Positions 1-9,669 are shown, counted from the first letter of the stretch. The stretch: 38,614 nucleotides of DNA from a candidate division WOR-3 bacterium (GCA_039801285.1 JBDRUJ010000001.1:1-38614); one strand, 5' to 3'. Notes: generated by a model not told the origin, from the letters alone. Translations and numbers: made by a program.

Positions 1-120
1 GACGACTGGGCCTGGGACGGCAATGATGATGCCGGGCAGCCGGCAGGGCCCGGTGTCTATCTTTTCCGTCTGAGCGAAGGCAACACTTCTTGGACCGGCC
101 GGTTTGTGCTGGCCGAGTAA
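1..120 (+). CDS. 3' end of a secreted protein with a T9SS-type C-terminal sorting domain (partial; starts upstream of the window)
   Basis: Frame 1 is open from the window edge to TAA at 118-120. The translation DDWAWDGNDDAGQPAGPGVYLFRLSEGNTSWTGRFVLAE has the W.G.D..G...GVY tail seen at the C-termini of seven other ORFs in this window. Confidence 0.6.
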   Translation, partial: DDWAWDGNDDAGQPAGPGVYLFRLSEGNTSWTGRFVLAE

Positions 121-126
121 GGATTC

Positions 127-2217
127 ATGGCCAGGGTTACTCCACTTCTCCTGTGTCTGCTGACCACCCTGAGTTTCGGCCTTGTCCCGCTTGAGCGCGA
201 CCAGGTCCTTTTTGACGGTCCCTGTCCAATCCGGGATGGCCGGGCGGTTGTCGGTTTCACGCTACCTGAAGGCCGACAGCCCGGGCTCTATCTGAATGTT
301 GCCGGACTTGACAGCTTCTCGGGGGTGCTGAACGGCCGGAATGTGTTGCGGGCGGGCAACGAAAAACCCCGGGCCTGGTTTCATGGCTTTGACCTGAGCG
401 GAGCACCGCGCCTTCCGGGAAGGAACGAACTCGAAATTCTTTCTCCAGGAGCCGACGGAAATATCTTTGTCCGGCTCTGGAGCAGCGACCGTGCCTGGTT
501 TCTTAGCTCATTTCACGCGCATACCACCTACTCAGACGGTGCTTACAGCGTTCACGACCTTCTCCAACGGACGTTGGCAGCCGGTGCTCAGGCCTATGCC
601 ATCACCGACCATGACACCCTGGGTCAGTGTTATGACACCGCATTCCACTCCCTGCCCGGTCTTGAGCCAATCAGGGGAACGGAATGGACCACCGATTCAG
701 GACACGCCTGTATTCTGGGGCTGGCTGGTGCCACGACGGTTGAACATCGTTCTATCGCCCAGATGATTGACGACGCCAGCTATCGGGGCGGGCTGGTGCA
801 AATCAACCACCCCTGCGACCCGAATATGGAGTGGAAGCATCCCTTTCTTGACCCCGGGGTTGATTTGATTGAGGTCTTCAACTCGGTAACCTGGTTTCCC
901 GAAGGCACCGACAGCGATGCCGAAGCGGTTGCCTGGTGGCAGGAGCTTCTCGCCCAGGGGAAGACGATTGCTGCGGTGGGCAATGCCGACTATCACGGGA
1001 CATTCCCCTTTGAGGAACCTTTGAAGTCCTGCACCCGGGTCTTCGCTCCGAGTAATCACCCAGACTCGATTCTCAAATATGCCAAGCTGGGCAACGGGAT
1101 GGTGTGCGATGCGCCCGACGACAGCCGGCTCTATCTCTATGCCGATACCAACAATAACGGTCAGTGGGACCTGGTGATGGGCGACCGCTTCACTATCACC
1201 GGTTCTCCGCGCACCATCCGGTTCCGACTTGAGGTGGAGGATGGAGATGTTGCCGATGTGGTTTATCTCTATGACCAGAATGGCGAACGCTACAGCCACA
1301 CCCTCTGGACCGGCGGGGACTATGAGTATGAATGGACGGTTCTCTTCGGTCCCGACGACCGCAACTTCATGAGGGTTGAGCTCTGTGCCGAGCTGGGCGC
1401 TGACTATGAAGAGTGCACCAACCCAATCTACATCAATTATCCGGAATATGAGCTCGGACCTGTGGAGCTGGTCTGTGGCAGGCTGGCATGGCCCGAGACG
1501 CTTTATGTCGGCCGGGAGGAGACTCTGCAGTTTCAGGTGAGCAATCTTGCCGGTGTCAGTCCCTACCGGTTCGGAGCCAGGGTGGCGGTTGACACCGCCC
1601 TCTTCGACATCACCGCCTGGCAGAGCCGGGGCTCGGGTATCGGTCTTGTCCGCAACTGGTTCGGCTCCGGCTACGAGTTCGTCGAATGGACCGGCGGCTA
1701 CACCTGGGAGAACCGGCTGGCGGCCGGGGTCAACTTCAGCTACTGGCTGACTGTTCGGCCCAAGCGTGTCGGCAGGCATCCGGTGCTCTTTCGCGGCTGG
1801 GCCGATGACCGACTGTTTCTTATCGCTCAGGACCCAGACCACGGTGTGCCCGGCCCGGAAGGACGGTTCTGGCACCAGGAGACGGCGCTGGTTGAGATGG
1901 CAAGTGGCGTTGAGAGCGGACCAGCGCCCGGGGGTGGAACGGGCATCCTTGGGGTCACGCCTACTCTGGCCCGTGAGTTTGTTGAGATAAGGCTGGCCCG
2001 GAAGGATGGCGAGGCCCCCCTCCGTATCGAACTCCTTGACATTTCGGGCCGAGTCTGCAGCATCATCAACCTCGGCTCGCTGCCACAGGGAGAGAACACT
2101 GTCCGGCTCAACCTCAAGGAGTCGAACCGGAAGCTAAGGGCTGGTGTCTATTTTTTACGGCTCGTCGCCGACCCGGCGGACCCGGCTGATAATTACAGGT
2201 TCATAATCGCTCGCTAA
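127..2217 (+). CDS. Secreted PHP-domain metallophosphoesterase-like protein with a T9SS C-terminal sorting domain
   Basis: 696-aa ORF with a signal-peptide-like N-terminus (MARVTPLLLCLLTTLSFG). It has PHP-type metal-ligand motifs (FHAHTTYSDG, AITDHD, INHP). The C-terminal ~80 aa (LLDISGRVC...GVYFLRLV...YRFIIAR) match the sorting-domain tail shared with other ORFs here. Confidence 0.8.
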   Translation: MARVTPLLLCLLTTLSFGLVPLERDQVLFDGPCPIRDGRAVVGFTLPEGRQPGLYLNVAGLDSFSGVLNGRNVLRAGNEKPRAWFHGFDLSGAPRLPGRNELEILSPGADGNIFVRLWSSDRAWFLSSFHAHTTYSDGAYSVHDLLQRTLAAGAQAYAITDHDTLGQCYDTAFHSLPGLEPIRGTEWTTDSGHACILGLAGATTVEHRSIAQMIDDASYRGGLVQINHPCDPNMEWKHPFLDPGVDLIEVFNSVTWFPEGTDSDAEAVAWWQELLAQGKTIAAVGNADYHGTFPFEEPLKSCTRVFAPSNHPDSILKYAKLGNGMVCDAPDDSRLYLYADTNNNGQWDLVMGDRFTITGSPRTIRFRLEVEDGDVADVVYLYDQNGERYSHTLWTGGDYEYEWTVLFGPDDRNFMRVELCAELGADYEECTNPIYINYPEYELGPVELVCGRLAWPETLYVGREETLQFQVSNLAGVSPYRFGARVAVDTALFDITAWQSRGSGIGLVRNWFGSGYEFVEWTGGYTWENRLAAGVNFSYWLTVRPKRVGRHPVLFRGWADDRLFLIAQDPDHGVPGPEGRFWHQETALVEMASGVESGPAPGGGTGILGVTPTLAREFVEIRLARKDGEAPLRIELLDISGRVCSIINLGSLPQGENTVRLNLKESNRKLRAGVYFLRLVADPADPADNYRFIIAR

Positions 2218-2635
2218 GGTCAGCCTCTCCCACAATAAGCTAGTCGGTCAAACAACAGCGAGAACCTCATAGCGAAAGCACCGGAAAGGTCTCTTGGAGC
2301 CAAGCCGGGCTTGCCGAAGGGTTCGAATGAGTGGCGCGCTGGTCCGCAGTCCCGGCTATAGACACAAGGGGTTGTGTTGTGCCTGCCCGGATACCACAAG
2401 CCATTGGGGTGGGGCACGCCCCGGGCAGGCCTGGGGGCGGCTCTGGGGCATGGCCGGCTCACTCAGGTAGGAGTCTGAAGGATTCAAGCTGCTCCTGCCT
2501 GGAGCTCGTCCATGTGTTGCGGGCACGCAACCGGCACAGCCTAAAGACGCATTCCCGCTGTCAAATCCTATACCTTACCCGTGCCATCAGCCTTAGAGAT
2601 TGTCGTTGGAAAGGGAGGTCACTGACTGCGGCAGA

Positions 2636-2663
2636 TTGACAGTGAGGCGCCAAGGTATATAAT
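2636..2663 (+). promoter_or_regulatory. Sigma70-type promoter candidate for tRNA-Val
   Basis: TTGACA at 2636-2641, a 16-nt spacer, and TATAAT at 2658-2663. The tRNA starts 9 nt after the -10 hexamer. Confidence 0.5.
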
Positions 2664-2671
2664 CATTGCCA

Positions 2672-2745
2672 GGGCGATTAGCTCAGTTGGCGAGAGCGCC
2701 TCCCTTACAAGGAGGAGGTCACCTGTTCAATTCGGGTATCGCCCA
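2672..2745 (+). tRNA. tRNA-Val (anticodon TAC)
   Basis: Manual cloverleaf: acceptor GGGCGAT/ATCGCCC, D-arm GCTC-AGTTGGCGA-GAGC, anticodon arm CCTCC-CTTACAA-GGAGG (anticodon TAC), variable loop AGGTC, T-arm ACCTG-TTCAATT-CGGGT, discriminator A. CCA is not encoded. Confidence 0.9.
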
Positions 2746-2937
2746 ATGCGCCCACCTGAGAGAATCTCCTGATTTGGTTTTGGCGTCTAAGTCAAACGAA
2801 AGCTTGTGCTTAGGGTCGGCAGATGGTGAGGGAAAGGAGGTCGGACATGGGTGCCGACTCTACGGCAGATTTTCTTGCAAGGGAAGCCCGGATGGACGGG
2901 CATAAGTTGATAAAAAAACATATCTTAAGGAGGAGTC

Positions 2938-3231
2938 ATGAAGATTAGACCACTGCAGGACCGAATCCTCGTCGAAAGGGTCGAGGAGGAGGTGAAGAAA
3001 GGCGGTATCATCATCCCTGACACCGCCAAGGAGAAGCCCCAGCAGGGGAGGGTGATTGCGGTTGGCCCGGGACGTTTTGACGACTCGGGCAAGCGCATCC
3101 CGATGGAGGTGAAGAAGGGTGACTACATCCTCTTCGGCAAGTATTCGGGAAACGAGATTCGCATCGGTGACGAAGAGCATCTAATAATGCGCGAGGATGA
3201 TGTCCTCGCGATTATCGAGAAGGACAAATAA
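2938..3231 (+). CDS. groES: Co-chaperonin GroES
   Basis: 97-aa ORF starting [18 protein letters not shown]...[22 protein letters not shown], typical of Cpn10. A strong RBS (AAGGAGGAG) lies upstream, and groEL starts 12 nt downstream. Confidence 0.97.
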   Translation: MKIRPLQDRILVERVEEEVKKGGIIIPDTAKEKPQQGRVIAVGPGRFDDSGKRIPMEVKKGDYILFGKYSGNEIRIGDEEHLIMREDDVLAIIEKDK

Positions 3232-3243
3232 GGAGGAGCGAGA

Positions 3244-4890
3244 ATGCCGGCGAAGGACCTGAAGTTTGAAGACGAAGCACGACGGGCGATTCTGCGCGGT
3301 GCCGAGAAGCTGGCCCACGCGGTGAAGGTGACCCTGGGGCCGAGGGGCCACAATGTCATCATTGACAAGAAGTGGGGTGCCCCGACCGTAACCAAGGATG
3401 GTGTTACGGTTGCCAAGGAGATCGAGCTTGACGACAAGTTCGAGAATATGGGCGCCCAGATGATCAAGGAGGTGGCCTCCAAGACCTCGGATGTGGCTGG
3501 TGACGGCACCACGACGGCCACGATTCTGGCCGAGTCCATCTACCGCGAAGGGCTGAAGAACGTCACCGCCGGTGCCAACTCGATGGCGCTGAAGCGGGGG
3601 ATTGACAAGGCGGTCGAGGTAGCGGTAAGTGAGCTGAAGAAGCTGGCAAAGAAGACCACCGGCCGCGAGGAGATCATGCAGGTTGCCACCATCTCCGCCA
3701 ACAACGACAAGGAGATTGGCAAGCTGATTGCCGATGCGATGGAGAAGGTGGGCAAGGAAGGGGTCATCACCGTCGAGGAGGCGAAGTCCATCGAAACCAC
3801 CCTTGAGGTGGTGGAAGGGATGCAGTTCGACCGCGGCTACCTTTCGCCCTATTTCGCCCTTGAGCCGGGCACGACCACTCCTCAGAACCAGAAGATGGAG
3901 GCGATTCTCGAGGATACGCTGGTGCTGCTCTATGAGAAGAAGATATCCTCGATGCGCGACCTGTTGCCGGTTCTGGAGAAGGTGGCACAGCGCGGCCGGC
4001 CGATTCTGGTGATTGCCGAAGAGGTCGAGGGCGAGGCGCTGGCCGGTCTGGTGGTCAACCACATCAAGGGCACCCTGCGCTGCTGCGCGGTGAAGGCCCC
4101 CGGCTATGGCGACCGGCGAAGGGCGATGCTTGAGGACATCGCCGTCCTTACCGGTGGCCGGCTCATCTCTGAAGACCTCGGCATCAAGTTGGAGAACGTC
4201 CAGATTTCGGACATGGGCGTTGCCAAGCGGGTGGTGGTTGACAAGGAGAACACCACGATTGTCGAGGGCGCGGGCAAGAAGGCGGACATCCAGGCACGGA
4301 TTGAGCAGATTCGGAAGCAGATTGAGGAGACCAAGTCCGACTACGACCGCGAGAAGCTGCAGGAGCGGCTGGCCAAACTCGCCGGTGGTGTTGCCGTCAT
4401 CCATGTCGGCGCGGCGACCGAGGTCGAGATGAAGGCGAAGAAGGCCCTGGTGGAGGATGCGCTCCATGCGACCCGGGCCGCCGTGGAAGAGGGCGTGGTT
4501 CCGGGCGGCGGCGTGGCGCTGGTGCGCTGCATCCCGGCAATCGAGAAGATGAAGCTCGAGGGCGATGAACAGATTGGGGCCAACATCGTCCGCCGGGCGC
4601 TCGAGGAGCCGATTCGGCAGTTGGCCGAGAACGCCGGGGTTGACGGCTCAATCGTCTTCGAGAAGGTCAAGGCCGAAAAAGGGAACATCGGCTTCAACTG
4701 CGAGACCCTGCAGTTTGAGGATATGTTCCAGTCGGGTGTGATTGACCCGACCAAGGTCGTGCGGGTGGCCTTGCAGAATGCGGCGAGCGTTGCCGGGCTG
4801 ATGGTCACCACCGAGTGCGCCATCACCGAGCTGCCGGAGAAGGAAAAGACCCCACCTGTTCCTGGTGGCGGCTACGGCGGCGAATACTGA
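3244..4890 (+). CDS. groEL: Chaperonin GroEL
   Basis: 548-aa ORF with GroEL hallmarks ([25 protein letters not shown]) and a Gly-rich C-terminus. Confidence 0.98.
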   Translation: MPAKDLKFEDEARRAILRGAEKLAHAVKVTLGPRGHNVIIDKKWGAPTVTKDGVTVAKEIELDDKFENMGAQMIKEVASKTSDVAGDGTTTATILAESIYREGLKNVTAGANSMALKRGIDKAVEVAVSELKKLAKKTTGREEIMQVATISANNDKEIGKLIADAMEKVGKEGVITVEEAKSIETTLEVVEGMQFDRGYLSPYFALEPGTTTPQNQKMEAILEDTLVLLYEKKISSMRDLLPVLEKVAQRGRPILVIAEEVEGEALAGLVVNHIKGTLRCCAVKAPGYGDRRRAMLEDIAVLTGGRLISEDLGIKLENVQISDMGVAKRVVVDKENTTIVEGAGKKADIQARIEQIRKQIEETKSDYDREKLQERLAKLAGGVAVIHVGAATEVEMKAKKALVEDALHATRAAVEEGVVPGGGVALVRCIPAIEKMKLEGDEQIGANIVRRALEEPIRQLAENAGVDGSIVFEKVKAEKGNIGFNCETLQFEDMFQSGVIDPTKVVRVALQNAASVAGLMVTTECAITELPEKEKTPPVPGGGYGGEY

Positions 4891-4904
4891 AGAGGATAAG
4901 GATT

Positions 4905-4931
4905 CCTGGGGGTGGGCAAACCACCCCCAGG
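4905..4931 (+). terminator. Strong GC hairpin after groEL (possible attenuating terminator or mRNA-stabilising stem)
   Basis: 11-bp perfect stem CCTGGGGGTGG / CCACCCCCAGG with loop GCAAA, 15 nt after the groEL stop. No clear T-tract follows, and the next ORF starts at 4942. Confidence 0.35.
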
Positions 4932-4941
4932 AGTTTGAGCA

Positions 4942-5217
4942 ATGCCGACCTACGAATATCATTGTCACCACTGCGGCCATCGGTTCGAGAGGTTTCAGGG
5001 TATAACCGAGCCGCCGGTCCGGCGCTGCCCGAAATGTCGGCGCAACGGCCGGGTGGAGCGGCTTATCTCCGGTGGCAGTGGACTTGTTTTCAAGGGCTCC
5101 GGATTCTATATCACCGATTACTGCAGAAAGTCCAAGGAGTCGCCAACCGACACCGCAGCTGTTTCCGGTAAGAGCGGTGAAAAAACTCCGGAGTCGAAGC
5201 CCAGCGAAAAGCAATAA
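4942..5217 (+). CDS. FmdB-family zinc-ribbon protein (CxxC...CxxC)
   Basis: 91-aa [19 protein letters not shown]...[10 protein letters not shown]...[11 protein letters not shown]. This is the classic FmdB/CxxC_CxxC_SSSS N-terminal signature. Confidence 0.8.
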   Translation: MPTYEYHCHHCGHRFERFQGITEPPVRRCPKCRRNGRVERLISGGSGLVFKGSGFYITDYCRKSKESPTDTAAVSGKSGEKTPESKPSEKQ

Positions 5218-5362
5218 TTTAAGTCCGGGCCTTGTCAGGGCTGAGGTAATAATCTGTTTACGGGTCAGGCCCCTGAAGGAGTTGAAATTATGTCCAAATG
5301 AGCCAATGGATAAATACCAGAATTATAAGAACTTGGGCAAATCTGATATAATAATTCCAAGC

Positions 5363-5390
5363 TTGACAGCAGGCAGTTTTTCGGTATTGT
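5363..5390 (+). promoter_or_regulatory. Sigma70-type promoter candidate for the 16S rRNA gene
   Basis: TTGACA at 5363-5368, a 16-nt spacer, and TATTGT at 5385-5390. It lies in an AT-rich stretch about 90 nt upstream of the mature 16S 5' end. Confidence 0.4.
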
Positions 5391-5423
5391 AAAGTTACAG
5401 AGGTATCGCTCTTTGATAATTCG

Positions 5424-5460
5424 GATGTAACCCAAAGCGTGCTCGGATTGTGCCAAAACT
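5424..5460 (+). other. 5' strand of the 16S precursor processing stem (RNase III-type)
   Basis: AAAGCGTGCTCGGATTGTGC (5434-5453) is the perfect reverse complement of 7039-7058. Flanking GTAAC and AAACT segments extend the pairing. Confidence 0.75.
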
Positions 5461-5477
5461 GTCAACCCTTTAAGTTT

Positions 5478-7021
<1,544 letters not shown>

Positions 7022-7032
7022 CTACGAGCACG

Positions 7033-7075
7033 AGTTTCGCACAATCCGAGCACGCTTTATAAAGAGTTACATTCC
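7033..7075 (+). other. 3' strand of the 16S precursor processing stem
   Basis: GCACAATCCGAGCACGCTTT (7039-7058) is complementary to 5434-5453. Confidence 0.75.
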
Positions 7076-7086
7076 CCATCGAGAGT

Positions 7087-7114
7087 GAAGACCCGAGCGG
7101 GTCTTCTCTCTTTT
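7087..7114 (+). terminator. Rho-independent terminator directly after the 16S gene
   Basis: GAAGACCC-GAGC-GGGTCTTC is an 8-bp stem with a 4-nt loop (7087-7106), followed by TCTCTTTT (7107-7114). Confidence 0.6.
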
Positions 7115-7265
7115 CAGGCGGACTTGACTTGTGCCGGTTCTTGACCGAGACTATACTTGCAGCCGATGGCAACGGAAAGGCGCAACCGCTATGTCGAGCC
7201 GCTTGACCGACGGCGCTGCGTGAAGGCAGGGGCACGAATGAAAGCCCTGCCTGTCACCTTTGGAT

Positions 7266-7333
7266 GGATTCCTGCTTTCGCAGGAATGACAAAGGGGCGC
7301 GTCTTTTCTGTCATTCCCGCGCACGGGGAATCC
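7266..7333. repeat. Intergenic hairpin repeat, copy A (GGATTCC...GGAATGAC / GTCATTCC...GGAATCC family)
   Basis: GGATTCCTGCTTTCGCAGGAATGAC (7266-7290) and GTCATTCCCGCGCACGGGGAATCC (7310-7333) are imperfect inverted copies. Each can fold on itself. Related units occur at 17220-17330 and 27917-27960. Confidence 0.6.
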
Positions 7334-7417
7334 TCATGCCTTCGACCGCTTACATCAATTCATTGGTCTTGATACTTCTCCAAGAGAGTGTCGCTTGGGG
7401 CGGAGCTTCGCTCTGGG

Positions 7418-7465
7418 CTAGTTTTTGGACAGGCTCAGCATCCGAAGTGCCCTGTCAAAAACTAG
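7418..7465 (-). terminator. Long hairpin 3' of the 587-aa gene (terminator candidate, possibly bidirectional)
   Basis: CTAGTTTTTGGACAGG (7418-7433) pairs with CCTGTCAAAAACTAG (7451-7465), giving about 15 bp with one bulge. It lies 21 nt beyond the stop of the minus-strand ORF ending at 7486, and A/T runs lie inside the stem. Confidence 0.4.
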
Positions 7466-7485
7466 GAAGCACTAGTGAGTGGTTG

Positions 7486-9249
7486 TCAGGGAATTATGAA
7501 TTCGCAGTAAAAGGTCTCGTCCGGTGACTCTAAAAGGGTAACTGCCACCACTCCTGATTCGTTTTTCCTCAAGATGTGGTACTTTGCCTCTTTACCCAGA
7601 AAATGACGTGGCAGGACAAACCTTCGGATTCTTTTGTCCTCAAGGTTCAGCCGGCAAACTACCGGCCAGCCTTCTTCAAGAAGTAGAACATAGCAAAGGT
7701 CCCGGGTGATAAGAAAGTCAACAATTCGTTGCCTAAAGTTGGCCCTGAAAGTTTCAAGTAGATAGCGCAACGGCTCCTTTGACCGGTCAATAGCAGGAAT
7801 TATCGGTGGGGGATTCTCGAAGACAGTAATTGAATCAGTCAGGACCAAATCCTGATTGTAGATGTGTATCTTTCCAGAGTACCTGTCGCTTGAATAATAA
7901 ACGCCACCGGAAATCCTCACGAATCCTTCGGACACAAGGTAGCCCAGCTTCAACTCCTCAAACCGCTTCTCCAGCCTGCCCAGAAACTGCACAAACTCGC
8001 CATCAAAGTTGAAAACAGCAAACTGATGGACATTTTGCTGGTAGAATTCGTCGGTGAACGGATTTCCCTCCTTCGCGGCGTTATCATCAAGCAACTGACT
8101 TCCTGCGGGCCAGCCCTTGTGAAACGGTAAAAAGACTTTCTGGTTTCTGGAGTCAAAGGATGCGCCGATGTGAGAGAACCCCCCAAAGACGGAGTCGGGG
8201 AACGATTGAAAGCGAGCGCAACTCATTGGCTTGTTGTCAAGAATGTGTTTCCTGATGAGGACAGGCACATTATGATACCCAAAGTTCGTGTCTTCGCCTG
8301 TTACTTCCGTTACAACCTTCGGTAAAGAGGCAGTGATTATCAATGTGGTGTCATTACAGAAATCGTGGCTGAAGTACATCGAGTTTAACACATTGTTTTG
8401 CCTTAGAATCTGGTAAACCATTACCGGCACTTTGACAAACATCATCTCTTCGCTTGAGTCAGGGAAGAGTACATTGACCAATCTGCCGGTGGCCAGGTCA
8501 AAGATGTAAATATAGTAGGTCATATGGTCCATCAATGAAAGGTAGGTACCGGAAGGGCTGACGTTTATGTAGTATGTAGTTGACAATGGATACTCTTCGG
8601 TGTCATAAAGTTTCAACATTTTCTGGCATACCGGTTTATACCTCGCTCCCTTTATCCTCGCCTTTGAGGCTGGCGCTTGTGGTCTCCTTCTGCTCTTTGG
8701 TTTGGAGAGGTCGGATATGAAAGCGGCAACGGTTGATGAATCTATTACTCCATCTGTTGAGTAAGAGGCAAGCAGTTCGCCACTTCGGACAGAGAACTTG
8801 GTGACAAAGGGCACTTCAAGAATACCGGCAGAGAGTTCAAAGGAGTTCAAAAACTTTTCATTGGTAACTATGCTGTAATCGCTTTCAAAGTTCCTTCTCT
8901 TGAGATACCTTTCTGCGGCCCGTTTTTTGTTGGACACTGCCAGAAGGATTACGTCCTCCTTCACCCCCTGCTTACGCAGGTAGTGGATAAAGGGATTGAT
9001 TGTCCCCTCAATTCTTGCCGCAACCATCGGCGGGACGATAAACACATAAATCGTATCCGATTTATAGCGGATATTCAGGCCTTTGAAGAACCGGGCAATA
9101 GTTTTATGGCTGTTCTCAATCTGATGTAGCTGGTGAAGTTTTCTTTCCCACGCTATCTGGGAAAGGCAGCATGCGAAGAGGGTTACAAGCAGAACAAAGA
9201 GCGGAAGGAGAAAACCCCTTCCGCTCCTTGACTTTGGCGACAGTGTCAC
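7486..9249 (-). CDS. Hypothetical membrane-anchored protein of the low-G+C islet; N-terminal TM helix, and the C-terminal two-thirds may be a beta-propeller
   Basis: 587-aa ORF with a GTG start overlapping the upstream stop (GTGA). The N-terminus GRGFLLPLFVLLVTLFACCL is hydrophobic. I cannot assign a family from motifs alone, and the resemblance to Bacteroidota 6-bladed propeller lipoproteins is only an impression. Base composition is clearly lower in G+C than the flanks. Confidence 0.65.
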   Translation of the reverse strand: MTLSPKSRSGRGFLLPLFVLLVTLFACCLSQIAWERKLHQLHQIENSHKTIARFFKGLNIRYKSDTIYVFIVPPMVAARIEGTINPFIHYLRKQGVKEDVILLAVSNKKRAAERYLKRRNFESDYSIVTNEKFLNSFELSAGILEVPFVTKFSVRSGELLASYSTDGVIDSSTVAAFISDLSKPKSRRRPQAPASKARIKGARYKPVCQKMLKLYDTEEYPLSTTYYINVSPSGTYLSLMDHMTYYIYIFDLATGRLVNVLFPDSSEEMMFVKVPVMVYQILRQNNVLNSMYFSHDFCNDTTLIITASLPKVVTEVTGEDTNFGYHNVPVLIRKHILDNKPMSCARFQSFPDSVFGGFSHIGASFDSRNQKVFLPFHKGWPAGSQLLDDNAAKEGNPFTDEFYQQNVHQFAVFNFDGEFVQFLGRLEKRFEELKLGYLVSEGFVRISGGVYYSSDRYSGKIHIYNQDLVLTDSITVFENPPPIIPAIDRSKEPLRYLLETFRANFRQRIVDFLITRDLCYVLLLEEGWPVVCRLNLEDKRIRRFVLPRHFLGKEAKYHILRKNESGVVAVTLLESPDETFYCEFIIP

Positions 9250-9590
9250 TCTATCGGCTCTAGGCTCTCAAGCTGAAGGTCTGAGCCTTGCATTCCGGTA
9301 AGACCATCAGGTATCGGTTCGGCTAGAAGAGCTTGGTATTTATTGCTAGAAAAAGCGTCCTCAACCACTCCCTCGCTCGCATTGTAATCCTCGATTTCAA
9401 TCGTTGCGCAGAGTGCAGGGTCCTGCTGAGGACAGACTGCCGGAGGGATTATTTGGATGCCGCCCTTCCCATAGATTTTGACGACTATCTTCGCATTCGC
9501 GGTCAACGGCAGTAGCACGAGTATGAGAAATACCGCATAGAGTAACGTCCGGTCCGCTAGCGCATTGTTCTGTCTGCTATATATAGGCAT
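9246..9590 (-). CDS. Small secreted hypothetical protein (114 aa), first gene of the low-G+C islet
   Basis: ATG at 9590 is preceded by AAAGGAG. It has a signal-peptide-like segment (LLYAVFLILVLLPLTANA) and two Cys in the mature part. It is translationally coupled to the 587-aa ORF. Confidence 0.55.
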   Translation of the reverse strand: MPIYSRQNNALADRTLLYAVFLILVLLPLTANAKIVVKIYGKGGIQIIPPAVCPQQDPALCATIEIEDYNASEGVVEDAFSSNKYQALLAEPIPDGLTGMQGSDLQLESLEPIE

Positions 9591-9635
9591 GCTTTACTCC
9601 TTTCGCAGCCAGAGTCCATGCTCTAACTGCGTGCC

Positions 9636-9669
9636 ATTATACTCTCTCTCTCTCTCTCTCTCTTGTCAA
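9636..9669 (-). promoter_or_regulatory. Consensus -35/-10 promoter with a dinucleotide-repeat spacer (phase-variation candidate)
   Basis: On the minus strand: TTGACA (9669-9664), a 22-nt spacer made entirely of (AG)11 (9663-9642), and TATAAT (9641-9636). It lies 45 nt upstream of the ATG at 9590. Confidence 0.55.
9642..9663. repeat. (CT)11 / (AG)11 microsatellite
   Basis: Direct count from the sequence: 22 nt of perfectly alternating C and T at 9642-9663. Confidence 0.95.

Noticed and set aside
697-1875. Long antisense or alternative-frame ORFs inside real genes. Examples are 697-1875(-), 3181-4467(-), 11396-11914(+), 16417-17145(-), 22676-23605(-), 23620-24345(+), 26244-26996(+), 31489-32253(+), 35186-36070(+) and 30959-31582(+).
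   Set aside because: These are typical high-G+C shadow ORFs. They are Arg/Pro/Gly/Ala-rich with low-complexity translations and no RBS. Each fully overlaps a gene with clear family motifs on the other strand or in another frame.
2340-2380. RNase P RNA. CAGUCCCGGCUAUAGACACAAGGGG loosely resembles the P4/P5 consensus GAAAGUCCGGGCUCCAUAGGGCAGGG, and a similar AAAGGUCCGGGGC occurs on the minus strand near 24500.
   Set aside because: The other universally conserved elements are absent on either strand in both regions, namely the ACAGAAxCCGGCUUA P4 3' strand and the AGGGUGAAA / GGUAAGAGC region. The 24500 match simply forms a local hairpin.
2220-2580. Possible tmRNA (ssrA) on the minus strand. The 5' end GGGUAAGGUAUAGGAUUUGACAGCGGGAAUGCG resembles the tmRNA acceptor/D-loop region (GGGG...GGAUUCGACxGGG). 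A PK1-like hairpin (GGUUGCGUGCCCGCAAC) follows, then a short frame ending ...QAGAA-UGA. The ~360-nt space also fits.
   Set aside because: I could not find the obligatory 3' tRNA-like end on that strand. There is no T-arm (GGxxxUUCxAxUxxxCC), no strand complementary to the proposed 5' acceptor, and no (A)CCA context. The only GGTTCGAAT-like string (2322-2330) is on the opposite strand and has no stem. The central part also shares a 16-mer with an unrelated intergenic region. It is kept only as an 'unassigned structured region' finding, and an Infernal scan would settle it.
2750-2937. Looked for a CIRCE/HrcA operator (TTAGCACTC-N9-GAGTGCTAA) upstream of groES, and for a sigma32-type promoter.
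   Set aside because: No CIRCE-like inverted repeat is present. CTTGCAA (2873-2879) followed about 16 nt later by CGGGCATAAG is only a weak match to the sigma32 consensus (CTTGAAA-N13-15-CCCCATnT), too weak to report as a feature.
7022-7485. Searched downstream of the 16S gene for spacer tRNA-Ile/tRNA-Ala or the 5' end of a 23S rRNA.
   Set aside because: No cloverleaf and no 23S-like sequence is present. Instead there is a processing-stem strand, a terminator, a repeat copy and another hairpin. This supports the unlinked-16S interpretation rather than a truncated operon.
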